From Octopus sinensis (Eukaryota): a stretch of 64,000 nucleotides of DNA. The notes under the pieces were generated by a model. That model saw nothing but the letters and a program-made list of their open reading frames with translations, ran no database searches and was not told the origin of the DNA. Shown piece by piece: positions 12,610 to 23,600 of the stretch. Position 1 is the first letter of the stretch; every line of letters starts with the position of its first letter. Location of the stretch: positions 19,778,001 through 19,842,000 of the forward strand of contig NC_043015.1 in NCBI RefSeq assembly GCF_006345805.1. Direction: 5' to 3'. A program made the translations under genes and the position numbers.

Positions 12610-12980
12610 CATTATTTGTCCTCATCTTGTTTGTTAACACATTTAGGCTGATATACCCTCCAGCCTTCATCAGGTGTCTTGGGGAAATTTCGAACCTGGG
12701 TTCTCATTCCTAAAGTATTTTTTTATGGTAACCTCTATGCCATATGCCCATGGGCATATGGCGTTGTGGTTAAGGGCATGGGCTACTAACCCCAAGATTC
12801 CGAGTTCGATTCCAGGCAGTGACCTGAATAATAATAATAATATCGAAAAATACCTTAGGAATGAAAACCCAGGTTCGAAATTTCCCCAAGACACCTGATG
12901 AATGCTGGAGGGTATATCAGCCGAAACGTTGTGTTAACAACAAACAAGATGAGGACAAATATCCGTCAAATGTACATAAT
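12610..12980 (+). mobile_element. Fold-back copy of the tRNA-headed, hammerhead-tailed element (copy 2 plus an inverted tail)
   Basis: 12613-12722 is the reverse complement of the tail at ~12846-12962. There is a perfect 24-bp palindrome gccatatgccca|tgggcatatggc at 12739-12762, an A-box tggcgttgtgg at 12759-12769 and a B-box gagttcgattcc at 12802-12813. Confidence 0.8.
12890..12935 (+). ncRNA. Minimal type-I hammerhead ribozyme motif, core intact
   Basis: GACAC-CTGATGA-A-TGCTG(GAGGGTATAT)CAGCC-GAAA-CG-TT-GTGTT. Stem I is GACAC/GTGTT, stem III is the ACGT palindrome and the cleavage triplet is GUU. The first stem II pair is mismatched here but reads GGCTG in the other two copies. Confidence 0.75.
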
Positions 12981-13644
12981 TCCTCATCTCTTATATATAG
13001 AACTGCAAAAGGGTTAAAATCTTGTAACACAAAGGCATTTGTAAGTAGAGTATTAACTTCGAAGTAAAAACATCCACTTCTCCATGCTTGCATACTTGAG
13101 ACAGGTTTTCTACCACCAGATGTCCTTCCTGTCACCAACCCTCACCTGTTTCCAAGCAAGGTAATATTTCCCCATAACCAGACATGTTTTCACGAAAGAT
13201 TGCAAATGAAAGACAATGCCTGTATGATGGTAATACATATTTACTATTATGTGATGTCAAGACAAAGTGTTTCCCCTCTTTAATGAGAACAGTCACCTGA
13301 CTCCCCTACAGCAAGAAATCTGTTGTGCTCTGGCACCTTCTTTCTTACTTTAACCCTTCGGCATAAAGCTACATCCCTCTCTACTTAGGCTTAGTGAAAG
13401 AGGATCTTAATCTTTGCATACTGTGTAGTGACCTCACTGGTGCTGGTGCCATGACAAAAACAAACACTCAATATACACTATAAAGTGAACAAAACCTGTG
13501 TAGAAGACTGTCTTACAGCTGAGGTTCAAAGACCCAAACTCATGCTTGTTTTACTTGAGAATTACATTCATGAAGGATAGATGAGTCTGAGCCACTTCAG
13601 CCACTTTGCACTATTGGACAGGAAAGTCACTCTGTGTGTGTGTT

Positions 13645-13683
<39 letters not shown>

Positions 13684-13685
13684 GT

Positions 13686-13980
13686 GGAGGCGCAATGGCC
13701 CAGTGGTTAGGGGAGCGGACTCACAGTTGTAGGATCGTGATTTCGATTCCCAGACCGGGCATTGTGAGTGTTTATTGAGCGAAAACACCTAAAGCTCCAC
13801 ACGGTTCCAGCAGTGGGTGGTGGAGATCCCTGTTGTACTCTTGCGCCACGACTTCTGTTGGCCTGCTCGCTTAGCCACCGGGGTGGCGTCATTTGAAGGC
13901 TAAAACAATGCGAAGCGCATTGTGACCAGCGATGTCTAGCAACTTCTGATAGCCTGGTCGGTCACGGTGATCACGGTGAT
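13686..13980 (+). mobile_element. tRNA-derived SINE (family A)
   Basis: ggaggcgcaatggcccagtggttagg..gatttcgattccc (A and B boxes). Related copies lie at 18686-19068 and ~58395-58690. Confidence 0.75.
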
Positions 13981-14694
13981 ATATATACATACACACGCAC
14001 ATGCCCATACACACATGTGTGTACTATTACTTCAAGTGAAATAAACAGGGATAATATATAATATACATAAGATCGCCATACATTCAAAGTAAGAGTCATC
14101 TGCATTTTTATGTTTTTGTACCTCAGTACAAACACACACACACACATGCTTATATATATCTATATCTGTGTGTGTGTGTTTTTAACGTTTTGTTGGAACA
14201 AAAGAAATGACCAATTAGAATAACGCATATAATATAGCAGGATTAAATACAATTGTGTGTGTGTGTGTGTCATTTATTTTTCTTTTCTTAATTACTTGAA
14301 TGCTTGTGAAGAAAGAACTAGTTTTCTACCAAAGACTGATACAAGCATTGTTGGGTGATTAACAAGCTTGCTTTTGAAGCATCTGATTTCAGGTTCAATC
14401 CCACTGAATGGCACATTGGGCAAATATTTTCTACTACAACCCTGGGACAACCAAAACCTTGTAAAGAGATGTGGTACACTGAAACTAAAAGAAGCTTGTC
14501 GTGTGTGTGTGTGTGTGTATCTTTTTATCTTGACATCATCTGATCATCATCATCATCATCACACATGTAATGCTGTTCGTTTCCAGTCTTCAGTGTACAA
14601 AACATGTCTGACCATGAGAAAATATTATCCTTTTTGCAGACAGGCATATGTTGGTGACAGGAAGGGCATCCCATCCTGTCATAAAAATTGTGAG

Positions 14695-14740
14695 ACAGAG
14701 AGGTTTTTTACATTGTATTGTAGGAAAATTTGTCCTCCGA

Positions 14741-14774
<34 letters not shown>

Positions 14775-14808
14775 GTTTTTACATTGTATTGTAGGAAAAT
14801 ATGTCCTC

Positions 14809-14870
<62 letters not shown>

Positions 14871-14972
14871 GTGAGAGAGAAAGGTTTTTACATTGCATTG
14901 TAGGAAAATATGTCCTCGGAAGAGAGAGAGAAAGGTCTTTACATTGTATTGTAGGAAAATATGTCCTCGGAA
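14695..14972. repeat. Four copies of a ~42-nt unit separated by variable (GA)n tracts
   Basis: aggtttttacattgtattgtaggaaaatatgtcctcggaag recurs near 14701, 14773, 14882 and 14933. Confidence 0.9.
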
Positions 14973-15754
14973 GTCTTGTTTCAATGAAAATATGTTAGGT
15001 TTGGTTCTTAAGAATGTTAGCATGAACATCATTCACCTGTTTCAATGCAAGGTAGAATATCTCCAATAGAATTCTAATTCAGAACACACAAATACATTTA
15101 TATCTGTGTGTTTTATATTGGAGTTTTCTTTATTCTTTTTTTTTTTTTATTTATTTTATTATAATTTTATCAATTATCATAGCAAGAAAGAAAAACAATT
15201 ATTTAAAACAAAGCAAAATAACAGAAAGAACAGAATGAGGGCCACATTTACACACCACTCCTTCCTGCTTAAATATGTCTTTTTCAGGTTAGAAAAAAAA
15301 TGTAGCCATACAAATATAATAAATGAAAGAAAGAAATAACGGATTCAAATGGGTGGAAACCTGAATATATTTTTTTGTTGTTGTTGCTTTTTTTTTTTTT
15401 TGCTAATGTGGGTGGAGGGTGGGGTAGTAGTGATAGTTGTGTCCTTTAATATTTACGTTTACCTTGTGCCCACACAACTATGAACTCTGAATAAGAAATC
15501 TACTTTGGTCGAGATGCAACATTCCTATGTTTGTTTGAAACAAGACTTTTCCCGTTTTCTTGGGTTTTTTTCTTTTTGCCTTTTTACTTTTTTACCTTTT
15601 GGGAATGAAGTAGAATGTGTGTGTATGTATGTGTGTGTGAGAGAGAGAGAGAGGGGAAGAGACAGATTTTTCTCCTTTTTTTTAAGCCAATAAATGTATG
15701 TATATATATATGTATGTAGGAAAGAAAGAAACAGATTTTTTCTTAAACCAAGAA

Positions 15755-15848
<94 letters not shown>

Positions 15849-17184
15849 ACAAGAGAGACAGAAGGCAGATAGAATGAGAGAGAAAAGAGAGAGAGTTAAT
15901 TACAATACTGAACTCCACCTTGTTTAACTCACCAAACCACATACAAATGTAAAAATCTTTTAGATTGACTTCTCTCCCTGATCTGGTCTAGTCTAGTCTG
16001 ACTGGCCCGGTTCAGACCTCACCAATTTCTTTTCTTTGCAACTCAATAAAGAGTGGGTTGGCTAGCTGGTTGGCTGGTCGGTTGGTCAGTATCTATGTCA
16101 ATGACATTCTTCTTAATAATATTTTAGCTAAATTTTCTACATGAAACAACAAAAAGAATATTCTCATAAAATTCAAAGAGAACAGCAACAATAAAAACAA
16201 TCAAGAAAAACCCACAAAAACACAACTGATCCAGTGAAGTGAATTATTTATTTATTTTTTTCTTTCTCTTACCAAAATATTCATTCATTTCATTTCGCGC
16301 TCATCTTCGTTAGCAGAAGCCAGAGGTGATCTACATTTGGTTTAATCAACAACAAACAAAATTCTGCCCAAAATATTTTGGAAAAAGAAGTTTCATACCT
16401 TTGTCACACCCACATTTTAAATCTCATTTTCTCTGGAAATTTCAAAGAAAACAGGAAAAAAAATTTTAACAGATTCTTGGAGCTTTATCCCGTGTAGTAC
16501 TGAACAGTTTGATGTAGACAAAGCAGGAACTGATTCCACTGGATAATAATATATTCAAACTTGACATCTATAATATTTTTGAGGATATTTCTTGGACACA
16601 AAGATTACTTGGAAAGCTAACACATAACATTTTCTTTGAATATTTACAACAAAATATATCTCTATATTTCCCTACCTCTATTTTTCTTTATTTGTTGAAT
16701 ATTTCTAATTGTTTAAATAGCCTTGAGAGCTGTACATAAATTCTCACATGCGCACAAACACCCAAGTACACACACAAACACACGTGGACGGCCACATGTC
16801 CTTGTGAACTCATGTTTTCAGTTAATGTTGATAACATTTACTCCCATTTTTATACAGAAGGCAGTATTCATTTTATTTCTTGACAACTTAGAAGGGCCAT
16901 GTTTGTATCGAACCAATTAAGATGGAGCCACAGTTTATTATTTTAGCCCTAATTGTAAAAAATTTTAACAAACCTCTTGGAATTTATAAATTACGGGATA
17001 TAACTATTAGGTGATATAAATACTCATCAGTATTTATTATACATTACTAATTAATTAATTAAATGTCAGTTTATTTGAATAACTATAAATCAAAGAATAT
17101 TTTTAAACCAAAAAGAAACAAATTTCAAAGCTAATAAGAGATTTGTGCAAGAATTTTTAGTCTGTTGTATCCTTTGAAATAACA

Positions 17185-18499
17185 ATGTTGGGACAATCAG
17201 ACATCTTCTTCAGCATGGAAGGTGATTTTGAATCACAGAAACATTCAGAGCAAAATATATTCAATTTTGACTTCTCCCAGAAATCAAATCCTTTCAAAAG
17301 TCCATCTTTACCTGTGTCTCCAGATAAAGATCTGCCACATGCTGTCATTGGAAAATATGGAATACTCACAGATTCAGAGCATATACATGATAAATTATAC
17401 AAAGAACTCACTGAATATCTGAAAAAGAGAAAACTTCAGTCTACTAGTTACCACAATATTCCACACGAAATTGAAAAGGAAAATGATTCTCTAATGACTA
17501 GAAGACTTTCTAAGTCACTGGACAATATGGCTGATATTTCAGCTATTCGGAAAATTCTGGAGAAAACAATGCAAAAACGGTTAAATCAGAATGCTGTTTC
17601 AAACCAGGATGAAGTTGATGCCTTAAGAACAATTGACAGTGTTTTGGAAGAAGAAGAAAAAAAAGATTTACTTATAATGTCACCTATACGCTTGACAAAC
17701 ACTAAATCTATATCAAGAAACAATTCAACCAATGAGAGAATGAGTTCCACAAGTTCTTCATCAGATGAATCTGATACAATTCCAAAATCAAAGCAAGGAT
17801 TGGTTATATCTCAAACTGCAAGATTGAATTCATTTCTCGAAGATGCTAAAACAGAGCAAATGAAGCATAAATTTTACCAAAATAAAAATTCAAAGTTCTT
17901 CCAGAAAGATTCTCCAGAAGAATCAAAGGCATACGCTTACAAATTAAAATCACAAATTCCTCACAGCAGCAGCAGCAGCAGCAGTAGCAGCAGCTCAACC
18001 CAAACATCGGATGAGTTTAATTCCACGATGAAAACAGAAAGGAGAAATGCTAATATGTTTCAAAAGTCCCCATCTTTTGAGGAACAAAGACAAAAAAAGC
18101 TAATTGCCAATAAAGAATTTTTTGTCAACAATAAATTCTTTGCCAAGCACCAAAAGAATGATTTTCATGTTTCGAATGGTCAACAGGATTTTCAGAATTT
18201 TCGAAACAGATATTCACAGAACACCAAGTTATTGCCATCATCACATTCAGAAATTTATTTAAAACATAGTCACAAAAACAAGCACTATCAACCAACAAAT
18301 TACATTATTGGACGATCTAAATCTTTCACACATGAAGACCGAATCCAACATGTGCCTGTAGTGTGGCGTAGATCTTCTCCTGACAGGCCTAAATCCTGGA
18401 TGGCATCTGAAGAAAATCTTAGTTCAAGTGCTAATAATATTAAACTGATAGTAAAAAACTGCCATGTAGATAAGACTAAGCCAACTAGAATATTCTTGG
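17185..18499 (+). CDS. jbug: Filamin-like gene exon 1: low-complexity Ser/Lys/Asn-rich N-terminus
   Basis: 440-codon ORF in AT-rich DNA with acaATG start context. It ends TTG G|gtaagt, a consensus donor at 18500 whose phase 1 matches exon 2. Confidence 0.7.
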
Positions 18500-20114
18500 G
18501 TAAGTGAATGAGATTGACATTTTGTTACTTTTTCTCTCTGGTCATTTTTAGAACTTCTAAGGGTCCTGTAATAATGTGAAAATAAACCCTTAGATTTGTT
18601 TTAGTTTCACTTTATTTTTATCATATAGGAATAGTTAAGTTTTAGTATTTTCAGACATTGTTGTTAGGTAAGATATTTCATAGCTGGAGGCGCGATAGCC
18701 CAGTGGTTAGGGCAGCAAACTCGTGGTTGTAGGATTGCGGTTTTGATTCCCAAACCAAGTTGTGTGAGTGTTTATTGAGCGAAAACACCTAAAACTCAAT
18801 GAGGCTCTGGCACGGGGTGGTTCGCGAACCCTGCTGTACTCTTTCACCGCAACTTTCTCTCTTTCTTTCTGTTTCTGTTGTACCTGTATTTCAAAGGGCC
18901 AGCCTCGTCACACTCTGTATCACACTGAATCCCCTCGAGAACTACATGTTAAGGGTACACATGTTTGTGGAGTGCTCAGCCACTTGCACTTGAAATTCAC
19001 GAGCAGGCTGTTCTGTTGATCGGATCAACTGGAACCCTCATCGCCATAACTGAAGGTGTGCCACGACAATTTCATAGCTACAAAGAAAATGCAAGATATA
19101 CCAAAAAATGATGTATTCTCTTACCTTTTTAATGATAACCCCACTCCCTCACCACCCACCTTATTCTAGGATACAACTTTTTGCTTTTAAAAGATTAAAA
19201 TTCTTTTTTAGGATACAACTTTTTGTTTTAAAAAGATCTAAATTAAAACCATCAATCAAATTTTCATTTTAATTTCTGTTCCAAACATTAATTTAATAAC
19301 AGCTGAGTTAGTTTACTAAATTTTTCGTTATTTTCATAATTAATTGAAACAAAAGCAGTGAGTTTCAACAGAAATATTGCTAATGGAATGGTTAAAGTGA
19401 TTTAAATTAATTAATACCCACACTGCTCCAAACACTAGTTTAATAATGACCAAGTTATTTTACTAAATTCTTCATTATTTTAAAAGCTTAATTGAAACAA
19501 ATGTGGTATATTTTAGCAAAAATATGAGAGCAAAAAACCTGAACATTTTCAGTTAGTCTTGTTTAACCCAACCATGACATCCCTCAAATCCATGATGAAA
19601 CCACTTCAACCATATCCATCACTATTGTCCTGTCTTTCAGCACTACACAAACCATTGTCTCATAAACCTTTCCATTTTAAGACAGTACTGTGTGATTTCA
19701 AGGAAATTTAGTTGATGTTTCTAGCAGGTCAAGTGACCATACACAGGTTCCCACATTGACTCAAGTTGTTGTTGTTGTTTAACCCTGGGTCAACCCTGAT
19801 CAAGAACACTTAAGTTCAAGCATGTTCTAGTTGACAGTCTTACCTTTTGATAAAACTTTATTTTCTTGAAGATGGCTGGGTGTAATTTGAGGGAGAATTA
19901 GCTGATGTTTTTAGCAGGTTTAGGAACAATGCCAAATCTCCCGCTTTGATTTGTCTAGTAGTAGTAGTAGGAGGAGGATGAGGAGGAGGAGGAAGAGGAG
20001 GTTATATGGTCTGAACAAAGAATTTTAAAATAACCTATTTACGTCTCTGAGTTTTTCTCTCCATAGAACTCACAAATTAATAATGAATCTACCAAGTTGA
20101 ATTTATCAATGAGT

Positions 20115-20159
<45 letters not shown>

Positions 20160-20609
20160 GTAAGATCCAGGGATCGGGGTGTAGGAAGAAAGTTAGCTTG
20201 GAGCAATCCGTAGTTTATAAAAAAAACATCTTTCAGGGACAATAGTAGTTTACTGAGACAGAAATTTGTGAATTTTTTTTCGTATCAAAGTACAATAAGC
20301 TGAAAAAGCTCTTTTTATATTTCATGGTTGGCGATCAAAGATGCCGGGTGTATGAAGAAAAATACAAGAGTTATGGAATGGAGTAGGTAAGATTCTGATT
20401 GAATCTTCCATACCTCAACATGTACCTCCTTGCAACAATGTAACCTTTAATTTAATCAAGATATCCTTGGCCTGAAGAGTAGCCAGCAGTATACACCTTG
20501 CTAGGACTTTTACCACTTCTGAGGTTCTGCCTGGATCTTACCTACTCTAATCCATAACTCATGTGTGTGTGTATAATGTATGTTTCTACATAATGTGTTT
20601 GTATCTGTG

Positions 20610-20642
<33 letters not shown>

Positions 20643-23600
20643 TATGTGCGTGGATGGGTAGATAGATAGATAGATGTGACAATGTGGTTATGAAGTTTAC
20701 TTCCTAACCGCTTGGTTTTAGGTTCAATCCCATTGTGTGGCACCTGGAGCAATGATCTGAGCTTACCAAATCCTTTGTGTGTATATCCATGTGTGCATGT
20801 GTGTCCCCTTGTCTTGACACCGTATGATAGTAATAAATGAGTGCCACCATCATGCAAGCAGTGTCATTCATTTCTAAATATTCTACAAAAACATGTATTG
20901 GCAATAGGTAAGGGTTAGTGACAGGAAGAACATCAGCCCATAGAAAATCTGCCTCAATAAATTTTCATCCAAATCATGAAAACATGGAATGATATATGTT
21001 ATCCTTATATATCTTGTACAGTAGGGCACTTATCACTGTCCCTTTATTATTTTTTTAACCTCTCATCAACTGACACAAAGCCTTAATACTACTCCTTCCT
21101 CCATTCAAGGGGACTTTGTCTTGTTTAGCAAGTTACTTGGTGGCCCCACCGGCGCTGGTGCCATGAAAAAGGTACCCACTACATTCTGTAAAGTGGTTGG
21201 TGTAAGGGAAGGGTATCCAGCAGTAGAAACCATGGCAAGACAGACAATAGAGCCAGCTTGCCCGATGGCAAGTGGGGCCCTCCGCCATTATAATCCATAT
21301 ATGGGGGCCCATGTTTAGTATCTAAGGGGCCCGTCCCCTCAAGTTTGATAATTTTTTATTCACTCCTGGAAGAATGCATTATTTCAGCCTGGCTGCGTTA
21401 TAAAATGATGGCATTGTAGTTGCAGGTGGGCCCCCTTGTAGTTGGAGGTGAGCCCCCTTGTAGTTGTGGGTGGGTCCCCTTGTAGTTGCAGGTAGGTCCC
21501 CTTGTAGTTGTGGGTGGGCACCCTTGTAATTGTGGGTGGGCCTCCTTGTAGTTGCGGGAGGGCCTCCTTGTAGTTGCAGGTGGGCCTTCTTGTAGTTGCA
21601 GGTGGGTCCCCTTGTAGTTGTGGGTGGGCCCCCTTGTAGTTGCGGGTGGGCCCCCTTGTAGTTGCGGGTGGGCCCCCTTAGTATCCAATATTTTTAGACC
21701 CAGTCCACCACTGCTAATATTTATTGTATTTTTAGAAATAAAATTATAAATTAGAGGTTTTTTTTTCTTAAGATCTGTCAATTATCTTCTCATTTCATAA
21801 TTTAATGATGACAAAGTTGCTTTGCTAAATTCTTCATTATATTTCCAAGATTAATTGAAACCAAAGCTGTCCATCTCAACAGAAATATGGTAGCAAAGGA
21901 GATATTTAGTCCCATACCCCATCTGTTCAGACTTAGCAAAAAATAACAAAAAAGAAGTGTTTAATTTTTGTTTTTCTGTCTTTATTTACCTAACTACTTC
22001 ACCAGCTACCTACCTATGTACCTACTTACCTTCATATTGATCAATCTACCCACCTGTCTGTTTTGACTAAACCAGGTAAAAATATCTCGGTTAATGAAAA
22101 GTTTGACAAGGGACTGACAAATATTTGGTTTAAATACCAGTGCTGGAGATTCCTATCCCCCCTCCCCCTCATTTATTCCATCCTTATTCAGTTTCTAGAA
22201 TTTTACCCAGATTATTCTGTCAAATGTAATACTTTTTCATTCAAATTGTTTTTAATTAATCATGGATTATTTTGTAATTTCAAAATTTTGAAGATGTGAT
22301 CATCATCATCATAATCATCATTTAGCGTCTGTTGTCCAGGCCGGCATGGGTTGGATGGTTTGACTGGGCTGGCACACTGGTACGCTGCACCAGACTCCTG
22401 TCTGATCTGGCATGGTTTTCTACAGCCAGATGCCCTTCCTAACGCCAACCACTCTGAGAGTGTAATGGCATTAAAGGTTAGGTGTGACAGGTCGGATCTG
22501 GCTGGTTAAAATATAGAACAGGTAGCATATTTGGGCCGGATATGGTCGATTTAAATGCTAAATGGTTAATTACAAACCACATGAGGTTGCACTCTGATTA
22601 ACACATTCAGATCAAGATAACAAGGGAGCCTCTATACCATTGTTTCTCAAATTTTTCTTAATTGACTTATGTTCTACTTTCTCTGGTTTGCCCCCTAAAA
22701 AATTCCTACTCAGTTGAGCTACTTGCTAGAAATAGCATCTACGTTTTTTTTGGATAATCTTCTCCATCTTACTGACTGCAAAGAAACATTAGAAAATGCT
22801 GTCCTAGACACACTACAACAGAAAAAGTCATGGGTAAGTCATAACTAGAATACTTTTAGAATCCTGTTGCCTCTTACACCTCCACCTAACACTTCCGTAT
22901 GCCTCAGTCAAAGAAGGAGTGTCTGTGTGATCAGCCAGCCTTCTAAAAATAGCAGCTATATCTTTCTAATCATGTATTACATCATCATTATGTTATGTGC
23001 ACTTTTCCATGTTTACAATCAGCTCAAGATAATGAGTGAGTCCTGATACAGTTGATGAAGTTGCTAGAAATAGTAGTCAAATTTATTTCAAATAACATTC
23101 TACCATCTTACAAAAAGAAAAAACAAGGACACATTGAACAATATAATCCTAAATACACTATGACCAAAACATTTGTGAGATAGTCAAAGCTAGAATGCTT
23201 TTAGATTATAGGTCCCCAGATCAAATCAAGCAGGGGTTAAACTACGAGAATAAGATGAGATGATCAGCTGAGAACTAAGAGGAATTCCTGCCATCTTTTA
23301 TACCTCTGCTTCTACTTAACATAATTTTTATACACAAGCCAGTGAGGGAGCCTCTATGTAATTGATCGACCTGCCAGAGATAGCAGCTAAATTCCTCAAA
23401 TCCTGTTTTAAATTATCATTATATTACCATCCACTTTTCCATAATTGCATAGGTTGGACAGATTCTCTATGACTGGATACCTTTCCTGTCAACAACACTC
23501 GCCTGTTTCCAGGCAAAGTAATATTTCCCCTTGACTAGACATGGAAGATTAAAGACAAAGGACACTGCTTGTAGGGCTGTGACACTTGTTCACAACAATA

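Noticed and set aside
12751-12825. Functional tRNA gene (also considered near 9494, 13686 and 18686)
   Set aside because: A and B boxes are present, but the acceptor and anticodon stems pair poorly and each runs into a repeated body, so these are SINE heads.
14695-14972. CRISPR-like repeat-spacer array
   Set aside because: The spacers are (GA)n microsatellites, the context is eukaryotic and there are no cas genes.
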